Assembly: GCA_051953395.1 (NCBI GenBank)
Contig: JBQCIU010000040.1
Location: forward strand, 25,880-89,879
Direction of reading: 5' to 3'
Source: Sphingomicrobium sp.
GTDB lineage: Bacteria > Pseudomonadota > Alphaproteobacteria > Sphingomonadales > Sphingomonadaceae
Length of the DNA: 64,000 bases
Shown: piece after piece, positions 27,771-37,245 of the stretch
Numbering within the stretch: position 1 is the first letter of the stretch
Layout of the letters: the number at the start of each line of letters is the position of its first letter
Position numbers and translations under genes: made by a program
The notes under the pieces: model-generated
The model's input: the letters and a program-made list of their open reading frames with translations, nothing else
Told to the model about the DNA's origin: nothing
The model's database searches: none

Positions 27771-30142
27771 CAAGCGACCTCCAGGAGGCGCGGAAGCCAC
27801 AGCGCCGGATCGTCGCCCGTCTCCAGCCGGATTTCATCGAGCAGCCGGACTGTCCGCTCGCGGCCGGAAAGCACCGTGAGGAGCTCTTTCTCGCCCGACA
27901 GGTTCAGGCGCGCCACGACGCTGTCGTTGCCATGCTTGATAAGAAAGCAATGGGCACTGTCGGGAAGCGTTCGCACGAGGTCGAGCTCGTGCTCGGTCAG
28001 GCCGAACCCATCGATATAATCGGCGGCGGCCGCCTTCGGATTCGACATGAAGATCTGGGTCGCCGACTGCTCGATGACGGCGCTTGCGATCCGGCTTTCG
28101 AGCGCATCGCGCGCGCTTTGCGTTACAAATCCTACGATCCCGTTGCGCTTGCGGATCGTCTTTTCCCAATCCTTGAGGCGAGCAACGAACACCTCGTCGT
28201 CAAGCGCTTTCCAGCCTTCGTCGATGACCAAGATCGCCGGGCTTCCATCGAGCCGCTCCTCGACCCTGTGGAACAGGTACATCATGGCCGGAGTCCGGCT
28301 GGCCGGATCGTCGAGGATCTGGGTCATGTCGAACCCGACCGTGTCGGCGGCGACGTCAGTCAGGTCCCTGTCATTGTCGAACAGCCACGCGCGCTCGCCG
28401 TCGCCCCACCACGGCCTCAAACGCGCCCACAGGTCGGAACCGTGGGGACGATGGCCGCCGCGAAACAGCTCGACGATGTAGCGCAGCCGCTGATGAACGG
28501 ACGGCTGCCGGGCGTTGGCGTCGACCGCGTCCTTGATCCGCGCGAGTTCCTCGGCGTCCACGCCGCCCGCGAGGACGCTCAGCCATTCGATCAGGAATTG
28601 CCGGTGGGCCGGAGTGTCGGGGAGCTGCAGCGGGTTGAGCCCGGATGGAACGCCAGGACGAAGAACGTCGTAGCGGCCGCCGATCGCCCGGACGAACAGT
28701 TCGGCGCCCCGATCCTTGTCGAAGAAGACGATCCGGGGCGCGTACTTGCGGGCTTGCGCCAGCAGGAAATTGAGGACGACCGTCTTGCCCGATCCCGACG
28801 GCCCGATCACCGTGAAATTACCCAAGTCGCGCTGGTGGAAGTTGAAGAAATAGGGTCCCGCTGCGGTCGTCTCCAGGAGCGTCACCGCCTCGCCCCAGTG
28901 ATTGCCGCTCGGGCGCCCAAGAGCAAAATTGTGGCAGCTTGCAAGGCCTGCAAAGTTGCTGGTCGAAACTAGGCCGCGGCGGGCAATATATTTGAAATTG
29001 CCCGGGAACTGCGCCCAGAAAGCGGGCTCAAGGGCGATGTCCTCGCGAACGCTCAGGATCCCGAGATCGGCAAGTGCGGCCTGGGCTTCGGCGCATCCGT
29101 CATTCACCTCCTCGGCCGAGTTGCCGCGTATCGCGATCGTCATGTGATGCTCACCGAACCCGGCGCGGCCGGCGGCGACCTGATCCTTGGCATCGCCGAG
29201 TTCGCCGCGAAGGCTGATCGCTTCGTCTTCGGCCGACCTCATCCGGCGGAGCGCAAGGTTCATCCGCGACAGCGCCGCCTGCCGCTCGACGAAGGCGAAC
29301 GACTGCGACAGAACCATCTCGAAAGGCAGTCGAAGAAGCTCGTCGAGCATGCCGGGCGCGGTCTGCCCCGGATAATCCTTGATCGACACCAATCCCAGGA
29401 ACGACCGGTCCGTCGCGCCGGTCCGGCCGAGCTCCACCAGATCCTCGCCGAAGCTCACGCGCCGATACGGGAGATAGTCGCCGATGTCCTGCATCGGAAG
29501 CAGAACTGGGCGCATCTCCCCGTTGAAAAGGTAGGACAGGAACTCGAGCAGCTCGGAACCGGGTCCCTGCCCTGTCTGGTAGACGCCGAGAAGCCTCGGC
29601 TCATAATTTGCGAGCGATGCAAGGAGGCCGTCGCGCGCCTGTTCAAGCGCCTGCAGCTCGAACCGAGCGCCGATCGGACCGCCGGCCATCGATCGTCCGA
29701 ATCTCTTCTGTAGCCGGTCGAGCGTACCGATGCGGCCCTGGATCGGGCGGCGAACCAGCGTCAGGAACAGGTCGTTGACGTAGAGCTTGCGGGTGGAGAG
29801 GCGCGCCTTCCAAGTCTCGTCGAGCTTGCGCGAGAAACCGTCCGGATAGGGCGAAGTCAGCGCAACGTCCGCCTGTCGACGGACGATGTGGTGGTAAATC
29901 GCGAAGCGCGACGAGCCGATTGACTGCAGCACCGCGTCTCGAAGCCGCTTGCGGTAGTTGAGCTCGTCACTGTCGGCGGTCTCAAACAGCAACCCGCGGA
30001 GCTGGACGATTTGAATCAGCAGGCCGTCGCGAGTCTCGATCGTATGGTCGTCGACATGCCGCGCGTACGGCAGGTGCCTGCCCGCCGATTGCTCGCGCGC
30101 GATGATCTTCGGGTCGTCGGTCAGGCGCGGTAGGAGTTGCAT
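27770..30142 (-). CDS. virB4: T4SS ATPase VirB4
   Basis: Start MQLLPRL at 30142. HLPYARHVDD, Walker A GPSGSGKT, FFDKDRGAE, ILVIDEGW, IRKRNG, FVTQS. Confidence 0.94.
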   Translation of the reverse strand: MQLLPRLTDDPKIIAREQSAGRHLPYARHVDDHTIETRDGLLIQIVQLRGLLFETADSDELNYRKRLRDAVLQSIGSSRFAIYHHIVRRQADVALTSPYPDGFSRKLDETWKARLSTRKLYVNDLFLTLVRRPIQGRIGTLDRLQKRFGRSMAGGPIGARFELQALEQARDGLLASLANYEPRLLGVYQTGQGPGSELLEFLSYLFNGEMRPVLLPMQDIGDYLPYRRVSFGEDLVELGRTGATDRSFLGLVSIKDYPGQTAPGMLDELLRLPFEMVLSQSFAFVERQAALSRMNLALRRMRSAEDEAISLRGELGDAKDQVAAGRAGFGEHHMTIAIRGNSAEEVNDGCAEAQAALADLGILSVREDIALEPAFWAQFPGNFKYIARRGLVSTSNFAGLASCHNFALGRPSGNHWGEAVTLLETTAAGPYFFNFHQRDLGNFTVIGPSGSGKTVVLNFLLAQARKYAPRIVFFDKDRGAELFVRAIGGRYDVLRPGVPSGLNPLQLPDTPAHRQFLIEWLSVLAGGVDAEELARIKDAVDANARQPSVHQRLRYIVELFRGGHRPHGSDLWARLRPWWGDGERAWLFDNDRDLTDVAADTVGFDMTQILDDPASRTPAMMYLFHRVEERLDGSPAILVIDEGWKALDDEVFVARLKDWEKTIRKRNGIVGFVTQSARDALESRIASAVIEQSATQIFMSNPKAAAADYIDGFGLTEHELDLVRTLPDSAHCFLIKHGNDSVVARLNLSGEKELLTVLSGRERTVRLLDEIRLETGDDPALWLPRLLEVA

Positions 30143-30408
30143 CGCCAGACACGAAAATTCTTGACCCGTGGGCAGTTCGCCATGCGGGCGAGCCACAGAT
30201 CGAAAATGCGCGGCTCCTTCAGACACAGCAATACGCCCGCGACATGCACAGCGAGTGCCGCAAGCAGCACCCAGGCGGAACGAAAGATGAGGAACAGCTC
30301 GGTCGAGACGATCAGGTTTGCGACGAAATAGCTGTAGGTCACGCCGGCAAACATCTGCGGCCGAGTCAGCGCGACGAACAGAGGATCTCGCTCGAGCGCG
30401 CCGCTCAT
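30121..30408 (-). CDS. virB3: T4SS protein VirB3
   Basis: DPLFVALTRPQMFAGVTY, two TMs, C-terminal NSYRA. Confidence 0.9.
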   Translation of the reverse strand: MSGALERDPLFVALTRPQMFAGVTYSYFVANLIVSTELFLIFRSAWVLLAALAVHVAGVLLCLKEPRIFDLWLARMANCPRVKNFRVWRCNSYRA

Positions 30409-30731
30409 TGTCCCAGTGTCGCGCTTGAGTGGATTCCGGCGACAATCGAGGAGGCGCCAAACAGAACGAAGCAGCCGATGATGACCGTCACACCATAGCG
30501 CCAGTTGATACGGCCGGTCAGCATCATGAAGCCGACCGTGGCGACAGCAATGATCGCCGCAACCGTTGCAACTGTGCCGAGCAATGTACCCTGCAACCAG
30601 CTCATTGCTGACACGATCGCGTTGGATCCTGCCGGATCAGAATAAGCGTATTGCGCTGCGACAGGATCGGAAAGCACGAGCGTCGAAAACGCCGCTACAA
30701 TTGGCCAGATCGCAATTCTAATGGGATGCAT
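30405..30731 (-). CDS. virB2: T4SS pilin VirB2/TrbC
   Basis: Signal peptide, WLQGTLLGTVATVAAIIAVATVGFMMLTGR...IGCFVLFGA. Confidence 0.88.
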   Translation of the reverse strand: MHPIRIAIWPIVAAFSTLVLSDPVAAQYAYSDPAGSNAIVSAMSWLQGTLLGTVATVAAIIAVATVGFMMLTGRINWRYGVTVIIGCFVLFGASSIVAGIHSSATLGQ

Positions 30732-30881
30732 GGCACCCGTTGTCCCACTGCGATTCGGCACAGCTATCCTGCGTCAGATGCAATGGGTTGCCAACGCCGA
30801 GTCTGGCGAAAATTACTTCCGAAATGGAAGGATTGAGCAGCTAACAGGAATGCCCACCGGCGTTCCTAAAGGGGTCGATCT

Positions 30882-31070
30882 TCACGCCGGCGATGCCAGC
30901 AGTTGCAGCACTTCGACGGCGAACAAACCGAAAAGCGCTCCTCCCAGGAATTCCACTTCTTCGAAAGGTGGTTCTCCCACCCGTCGAATGAGCCTCAAGA
31001 GCATAGTCCCGAAAACCAGAAAATTTGCCCCACCGATCAAACAGGCCAAAGCGGCTAGCGCTAACTTCAT
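30882..31070 (-). CDS. Small two-TM hypothetical protein
   Basis: 62 aa from ATG 31070 with two hydrophobic segments. Confidence 0.45.
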   Translation of the reverse strand: MKLALAALACLIGGANFLVFGTMLLRLIRRVGEPPFEEVEFLGGALFGLFAVEVLQLLASPA

Positions 31071-31231
31071 CGACTCATCTGGACTTGGATCAGCATTCCG
31101 ACGGCCGTGCCATCTTTGTCGCCGCTCGGCGATGGGGTGAAGGGCGCCGCTAGCTAGGGCGCGTTCCTGCCTCACATCACATCGCGAGGCTCCAAACCTC
31201 CGGCAAGCCTGGCACTTAGGGAAGCGCGACA

Positions 31232-31263
31232 ACGGATCTTATGTGAAATGCGGTTCGAGTCCC
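31232..31263 (+). repeat. 32-bp intergenic motif, copy 1
   Basis: ACGGATCTTATGTGAAATGCGGTTCGAGTCCC, 30/32 identical to 32493-32524. Confidence 0.8.
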
Positions 31264-31357
31264 TTGCACATCGGGGTGACGGCGAGAGGGACCGCCCGCT
31301 CCCTTCACGCGCCCGTCGAGCTGGACGACGGAGCCACCTTCGTGTCCAATCAGCAGC

Positions 31358-32434
31358 GTGACCGACGAAAGCGACTACTCTGATGAGTTGCCACTGCCGA
31401 CCGCGCCGGCGTCGATACCCTTCAGCATGCGAAACTTTGCGACCGCGGAGGATGCAAATCGCATAGCCAACCACCTTGCGTCCTGCATCTGCCTTATCAG
31501 TAGGTACGTAGACCTGAGCCGGTTGGACGGGGTGACTGTAGCCTATGACTACGACGCGGCTTTGGCGGAATTGGACCGTGGAGTCGAAGGGCTACGGGCG
31601 CTGAGCCGCTCCAACGACGACCAGCTGATCGGTGTCGGCATGGCGCCCGCCGTAATTCGCGACGGCGTGGTCAAGGTCCACATCGTCCTGAACGGTCCGT
31701 ACGTTGAGGGTATTGATCAGGACGACAGCGGCGAGCCGGGTGAGGAGTTTTCGACCGCTCTCTATCTGCTCGCCCACGAATGCGCTCATGTGCAGGTCAC
31801 CACGGACAAGGATCGCGCCTTCCCCAATACGATCCTGCAGCACCCGATATCCGGCTACGAGGAGGCGATCTTCACGCAGATCAACGAAGCCTGCTGGGAG
31901 GAGTATGCTGCCTGCCGCCTGAGCGCCATCTTTGGGCGTGGCCACCTCACCTATTACGAGGAAGGACTGCGCGGGGTCTTGGGCATCGCGGGCGAGCGCG
32001 CTGCCGAAGGCCGCCAAGCGTTCTGGCAGCACCGTGATCTCAATCGTGCCGTGAGCGAGATCGCCCCGCCTTTGGCCGAGCCGCTGCGGCTGGCCTCTTA
32101 TGTGCTCGGACACATCGATGGGTTGGGCGACGAGACCTCGATCAGCGAACAAACGCGGCAGGCAATTGCAAACGGGGGCTACACCGATTTCATCGAAGGT
32201 TTGGCCGGTGCGCTGCGCGCCTTGTGGGCCGAGCGTTGCAACCTGCGGCACCTCAGCCAGTTCGACGTCATAGGCGATGTGGCGCGCGATGTCTTTTGGT
32301 CTGGCGGGTTGCTGATCCGCCCGGGTCCAGATCAAGGTGCCACGATCCACGTATGGGAGCCGGAGGAGGTCGATCCGGCTGCTTTGGGACTGGAGAGGTT
32401 TTGGAGGATTGACGGCGGCAGCGAAGAGCGCTGA
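31358..32434 (+). CDS. Hypothetical protein with HExxH zinc-metalloprotease motif
   Basis: LLAHECAHVQ followed about 35 aa later by WEEYAA, a zincin/IrrE-like spacing. Acidic cytoplasmic protein. Confidence 0.7.
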   Translation: MTDESDYSDELPLPTAPASIPFSMRNFATAEDANRIANHLASCICLISRYVDLSRLDGVTVAYDYDAALAELDRGVEGLRALSRSNDDQLIGVGMAPAVIRDGVVKVHIVLNGPYVEGIDQDDSGEPGEEFSTALYLLAHECAHVQVTTDKDRAFPNTILQHPISGYEEAIFTQINEACWEEYAACRLSAIFGRGHLTYYEEGLRGVLGIAGERAAEGRQAFWQHRDLNRAVSEIAPPLAEPLRLASYVLGHIDGLGDETSISEQTRQAIANGGYTDFIEGLAGALRALWAERCNLRHLSQFDVIGDVARDVFWSGGLLIRPGPDQGATIHVWEPEEVDPAALGLERFWRIDGGSEER

Positions 32435-32492
32435 TCCGGAGTGAAGGCATTCGTTTGAAATGCTAGGCGACGGATTATCGTCGGCAATTACG

Positions 32493-32524
32493 ACGGATCT
32501 CGTGTGAAATGCGGTTCGAGTCCC
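32493..32524 (+). repeat. 32-bp intergenic motif, copy 2
   Basis: ACGGATCTCGTGTGAAATGCGGTTCGAGTCCC, flanked so that GACGG (32492-32496) can pair with CCGTC (32524-32528). Confidence 0.8.
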
Positions 32525-32638
32525 CGTCCTTTGACCTTGCAGGGCAGGGGTACGATAAGCGACAATGGACGAGTCAGCGTGCCGAGCTGAAACTGACCGA
32601 ACGAATGCGGACAACGTTCGCGTTGTGAGGAGGGTCAC

Positions 32639-32881
32639 ATGGCCTGGTATGTTGATGGCTCGAGCGTCATCGAGGCGACCGGTACCGAGAAAATCTGGAC
32701 GACCGACTACGACCCCGCCGATACTGTTCCCCTGTCGGGGATCTACAAATGTCGGGTCTGCCGGAAGGAGGTAACGTCCAATGAGGGCGATCGCTTTCCA
32801 CCGCAGAACCATCACCAGCATCCGCAACTCGGTGCTGTGAAGTGGCGGCTGTTGGTCTGGACGAACACGACGGGTGAATAG
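32639..32881 (+). CDS. Small zinc-ribbon protein (YjzC-like)
   Basis: P..TVP.SGIYKC..C..EV....G..FPP...H.H...W.L pattern; GAGGG RBS. Confidence 0.68.
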   Translation: MAWYVDGSSVIEATGTEKIWTTDYDPADTVPLSGIYKCRVCRKEVTSNEGDRFPPQNHHQHPQLGAVKWRLLVWTNTTGE

Positions 32882-32922
32882 AATCAGATCCCTGCTCCAT
32901 TGCTGATGTCGGAGACGTTCTG

Positions 32923-34128
32923 ATGCGCGTGTTCACCCGCGAACAGTTCCATGCGCTGGTCTGGTCGAAGCCGATGACCAGCCTCGCGAAGGAGTTCTTC
33001 CTCTCCGACGTCGCGCTTCACAAAATCTGCCGAAAGCATGATGTGCCGACGCCGCCGCCCGGCTGGTGGGCGAAGCAGCAGGCGGGCAGGAAGGTGAAGG
33101 TTACGCCTCTGCCGAAACTGAAGGCCGGCATTTCAGATCGGATCGCGATCGCTGCCGGTGAGCTGCGATCTGAAGCCGGCGCCCTTGCAGCAGTACGCGA
33201 GCGGGCGCGCGTGCTTGCGTCCTGTGACCTGCCGGGCGAGATCACGGCACCGCCTGTCGTGGTGAAAACAGTTTCGGCGCTGCGGAAAGCCAGACCCGGA
33301 GCGACGGGGCTGGTCACGACCGACGGTAGTCTGATCCGCTGCGAAGTTGCTCCGGCGTCGATTGACCGGGTCGAGCCGGCGCTGACCCGGATCGTCGCCG
33401 CGGCCGCGCAGCAGGGCTTCACGCTGAAGCCGCGCGGCAAGGATGTCTGTTTTTCCGGCGCGGACGAGGAGATCGGCTTCTCCGTCACCGAAACAGTACG
33501 ACGCATCAAACACGTGCTGACCGAGCGTGAGCAGGCCGAACAGCAGAGGTGCGAACGCAAACGGGAACGGGAGATCAGATCCGGGAGCTGGGGGATGTCC
33601 TGGTCTGAGCGGCCACGGTTTCCCGAATGGGACTATCACCCGACCGGTCAGCTCGCATTCGAGTTTGAGCACGCGTACGTCTCCGGCGCTCCCCGCCGAA
33701 CCTTTCGTGACGGCAAGGTCCAGCGCGTCGAGGACATGGCGGCAGATATTGCTGTCGGCCTTGCCGTTCTTGCGGCTGCGAAAACGGCCGACCGACTCCA
33801 GCGTGAGGAGCGGCGGAGGCACGAAGAGGAGCAGCGGCGCCTGAGGGAGCAGGCGGCCCGTGCGAGCCATCTCGAGGAGCGTCGGGCAGCTGCGGTTGAT
33901 CAGATTCTTGCTGAGATGCAGCGGGTCGAGCAGCTCACGGCATTGCTCACGCAGCTGTCTGAAAACGCGGGCGGCGGCGATCGCGTTCGCGAGTTCCGTC
34001 TGTGGATCGAAGCCGTGATTGAACGGAGCCGGTCGCGACTTGCATGTCAGGCGCTCGAAGAGCGATTCACCGCCTCACGACTGTTTGGCGACGACGATGA
34101 TTACGGCTTCAGAGCGCCGTATTACTGA
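32923..34128 (+). CDS. Hypothetical island protein with an N-terminal HTH-like region
   Basis: TREQ.H.LVWSKPM..LAKEF.LSDVAL.KICRK..VP.PP.GWWAK N-terminus and a charged coiled-coil C-terminus. Confidence 0.75.
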   Translation: MRVFTREQFHALVWSKPMTSLAKEFFLSDVALHKICRKHDVPTPPPGWWAKQQAGRKVKVTPLPKLKAGISDRIAIAAGELRSEAGALAAVRERARVLASCDLPGEITAPPVVVKTVSALRKARPGATGLVTTDGSLIRCEVAPASIDRVEPALTRIVAAAAQQGFTLKPRGKDVCFSGADEEIGFSVTETVRRIKHVLTEREQAEQQRCERKREREIRSGSWGMSWSERPRFPEWDYHPTGQLAFEFEHAYVSGAPRRTFRDGKVQRVEDMAADIAVGLAVLAAAKTADRLQREERRRHEEEQRRLREQAARASHLEERRAAAVDQILAEMQRVEQLTALLTQLSENAGGGDRVREFRLWIEAVIERSRSRLACQALEERFTASRLFGDDDDYGFRAPYY

Positions 34129-34256
34129 AATGCGAAGTCCTGGTCGGTTACGTTAGGTCTGATGTAACAGGTCTTGCGTATCGGGATGCCGGGCGTCTTC
34201 CCGGCAATTGGTCGATGAAGGCGGTTTCGCTGGTTGTTGCGTAAGAGGGAGCCGGA

Positions 34257-35021
34257 GTGATGCGGAAGAACTGCTGGCAGAGGTCTGCTGAATCTGTGGC
34301 GTTCACGTTGAGCGCGCTTCTTCTGTCGTTCGCGCAGCCGGCATCGGCGCAGACGCAGGCGCAGGTCGACCGGGCGAACCAGATCGCGGAGTACGGCATG
34401 CGCCTCGCGGTTTGCGAACGTCTGGGAATGAAGCTCGCGCCGGATGGTATTGATCGCATGGTCGAGCTTGCGACGCAGGAGGCGGCCACGTGGGGACTGC
34501 CCAAAGGCCAGGCCGACGTCGTGCTGGCGGAGGCGGTCCGGCGGCACGGGCAAATGTTTAAGCTGGATCTCGATGCTGCCGCCGCGAAGGCTGACAGCGA
34601 AGCAGAACTGCGACGGCTCAGTAAGGTGCTCGCCGACCTTGGCCGGGACTGCCCGGCGATGCTTCACGATCCGATCTTCTCGCAGGTCCTCAGCGCTACC
34701 GCGGGCTTTGACCTGCAGTCAGCGGCAAGAGACGCTGCTGACGCCCTGCTCGCCGATGGTGGCTTCGCCTCCTGGCAGACTCCCGATATTCAGGCGCGAG
34801 GCGATCTGATGATGCTGGCCGGGACGTGCCGCCAACAGATCGGTGCCGCCCGGTCAGACGAGATTGTAGCGAAGTACGGCCGCTCGGATGACAGCCGCGA
34901 GCGCGCCTATTACCTTCGCAGTTTCGACACGGGGCTGAGGGATACTGAGCTGAAGTTCACCAGGGCGCAGTGCGATCGGGCGATCCACGCAAACCAGGTG
35001 AAACTTACAGCCAGGCCATAG
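34257..35021 (+). CDS. Hypothetical secreted protein
   Basis: Signal peptide ending PASA; helical protein with paired Cys. Confidence 0.65.
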   Translation: MMRKNCWQRSAESVAFTLSALLLSFAQPASAQTQAQVDRANQIAEYGMRLAVCERLGMKLAPDGIDRMVELATQEAATWGLPKGQADVVLAEAVRRHGQMFKLDLDAAAAKADSEAELRRLSKVLADLGRDCPAMLHDPIFSQVLSATAGFDLQSAARDAADALLADGGFASWQTPDIQARGDLMMLAGTCRQQIGAARSDEIVAKYGRSDDSRERAYYLRSFDTGLRDTELKFTRAQCDRAIHANQVKLTARP

Positions 35022-35327
35022 CGCGCGTGGATGGCTTCAGCCGTACCGGACACGACGATTGGGAGGATCTGCAATCCGCTCTTCCCGGGTCGCTGCAGCT
35101 CGCGGCGGGATCCTATTAACCCTTAAAATACAGTTTGATCGCATAACGCGAACTTGACAGCCGCAGGGCGGGCGGCTCTTGTGTAAAGGCTCGGGGTCAG
35201 GGGGGAATATGAAGCCGCCGAGCTGTTGGCGATCCTTGCTTGTGCATTCGTCCGCGACGGCCAATCGGCCGGTGCTGAGGCGCATCTTTGGAAAGAGCAA
35301 CCCCGGCGAGCCCTGCCAGGATCATTG

Positions 35328-35831
35328 ATGCGCTTTCTCACCAAATTTGCGCTCGCGCTCGTCCTCCCCGCTTTTGTGCCCGCCGAGCCATTCCCGCCGC
35401 TGACGACGCTCACGTATACGGGGCACGCCGCTGTTGTCCCCGAGGGGCTCCAGTTCAAGTGCACCCCGACTGCGGTCTATGACGGCGATGGTCCGGTGTG
35501 GTGCGCCGAGGGCCCGAAGATCCGCATCGCAGGCGTTGCGGCCCGGGAAATGGATGGCACCTGCCGGTCAAACCAGCCTTGCCCGCCGGTGGGAGCGATC
35601 GACGCCCGCGACCGGTTGGTGCAACTCTTCGGCGGCCCGAAAGGCCGGTTGGCGACCGGTCATATCGTTGTCCACTCTGCGGCGATGACCTGTCTTTCCG
35701 AAGGATCGGCCGGTGGATCGCGGACGGCCGCGTGGTGCCGGTCGCCGGTATTCGGTGATCTCTCGTGCGCCGTCCTCCGCGCCGGCGGCGTGCTCAGGTG
35801 GCCCCGCTACTGGCGCGATCACAGGTGCTGA
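35328..35831 (+). CDS. Thermonuclease (SNase)-like protein with a signal-like N-terminus
   Basis: VYDGDG...KIRIAGVAARE, a variant of the SNase DGDT...RL.GIDAPE motif; Cys-rich. Confidence 0.72.
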   Translation: MRFLTKFALALVLPAFVPAEPFPPLTTLTYTGHAAVVPEGLQFKCTPTAVYDGDGPVWCAEGPKIRIAGVAAREMDGTCRSNQPCPPVGAIDARDRLVQLFGGPKGRLATGHIVVHSAAMTCLSEGSAGGSRTAAWCRSPVFGDLSCAVLRAGGVLRWPRYWRDHRC

Positions 35832-35835
35832 CGCG

Positions 35836-37245
35836 ATGAATCCGCTCGACGCTCTGCGCGAATTTCTAAGGCCGAAAGGCGTCACGATCGCACTGCCCGA
35901 CTCGCCCTTCGTCGCAATTGATGCCGACAGGGAGGCCGAAAGACTCAACATCGACAAGCGCGCGGAGGAGCGCGGCAAGTCCGAGCTCCCGGCAACCGAT
36001 TCTGCTGAGTCCGATGTCGTTGAGTCAGAGATTGCCGGTGAAATGGCCGAGCAGCTCAACCGCGCCCAGATCGACGCCGAAAATCACATCAAGGTGTACG
36101 GTCAGCGGCTGGCTGAGCTGTCATCGCTGCACGACCTTTCGTTTGTCACGGGTGCCAGCGAAACCGCGCTCGGCGATTACCGGACGGCAATCAACGTCCG
36201 TCGCAACCGCCTGGCGAATGCCCGCGACTCCATACGGGAGTCGTACGACGAACTTCAGTTATTCAAGAAGGATCACGGGCTGCGGAGGCCGGCGCACGAT
36301 ATTCCGTCGCCGGTCTATACGTGGTCCGTCGTCATCATATCCTGGATCCTGGAATCGCTGGGCAACACCGCGTTCCTGCGCGTGAATGATGCATTTGGCC
36401 TCGTCGGCGGATTCGTGGCCGCGACGGTAGTCGCCGGCGTGAATGTCGGAGTCTCCGCTTTCATCGGCCGCAAAGTCTGGCCCTACCTCTTTCATCGGGA
36501 CCGATGGCGCAATCTGCTGGCCTGGGCTGGCTGTGCCGCCTGGGTCATTCTGCTGGTTAGCTGGAATTTGCTCGCAGCCCACTTTCGGGACGCGAAATCG
36601 ATGGGAATCGCGGATCCTGAAACGCAGGCGCTTGCACTCCTCACGGCTCACCCGCTGAAGCTCGCAAGCATCTACTCGTACGGGCTGCTCCTGCTCGGTT
36701 TTATCTTCGGCTCGGCGTCCGCTGCCGCCGGTTTCAAGATGGACGATCCCTATCCCGGCTATGGTCCGATCTACCGGCGGCACGAGGCCAGGTGTGACGA
36801 CTATGCCGATGAAATCGAGGATGCGTTTGAGGAACTTCAGGAGATCCGCGGAGCCCACATGGCACTGCTCGAGTCGGTCCGGGATCAGATCCGATCCCAG
36901 TTCGCCGAGCGCGGTCAGATTATCGAAAGCCGCAAGGCACTGGTCAGTCGTTTCGCAGCGCACCAGGATTATCTCGAGACCGTCGGCCGCAGACTGCTGG
37001 ACCGCTACAGGGACGGCAACCGCGCCGCCAGGACCACGCCCCCGCCTGCGCATTTTGACGATCCGTTTCGCCTCGCTCGGGTGTCACTGCCGGCGTTCAC
37101 CGATCCACCCTCCATCGAAGACGAAGTCGAGCGCGCTCAGGCGTCGCTGGCACAGTCCATCCAGACCATAAGTCAGGCCTACAACGATGCGCTGCAGAGC
37201 TTCGAATCTCTCGATCATATCAAGGCATCGCTGACCAATGGCTAG
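35836..37245 (+). CDS. 4-TM membrane protein with N- and C-terminal coiled regions
   Basis: Four hydrophobic segments at about aa 160-300, followed by FKMDDPYPGY. Starts 4 nt after the nuclease gene and overlaps the next gene. Confidence 0.75.
   Translation: MNPLDALREFLRPKGVTIALPDSPFVAIDADREAERLNIDKRAEERGKSELPATDSAESDVVESEIAGEMAEQLNRAQIDAENHIKVYGQRLAELSSLHDLSFVTGASETALGDYRTAINVRRNRLANARDSIRESYDELQLFKKDHGLRRPAHDIPSPVYTWSVVIISWILESLGNTAFLRVNDAFGLVGGFVAATVVAGVNVGVSAFIGRKVWPYLFHRDRWRNLLAWAGCAAWVILLVSWNLLAAHFRDAKSMGIADPETQALALLTAHPLKLASIYSYGLLLLGFIFGSASAAAGFKMDDPYPGYGPIYRRHEARCDDYADEIEDAFEELQEIRGAHMALLESVRDQIRSQFAERGQIIESRKALVSRFAAHQDYLETVGRRLLDRYRDGNRAARTTPPPAHFDDPFRLARVSLPAFTDPPSIEDEVERAQASLAQSIQTISQAYNDALQSFESLDHIKASLTNG

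Noticed and set aside
22994-30731. Self-transmissible ICE
   Set aside because: No relaxase, coupling protein or recognisable oriT within the island as seen in this window.
31232-32524. 32-bp repeat as a CRISPR array or tRNA gene
   Set aside because: Only two copies 1.26 kb apart, with a full gene between them and no cas genes. The T-loop-like segment has no 5-bp T-stem, D-arm or anticodon arm.
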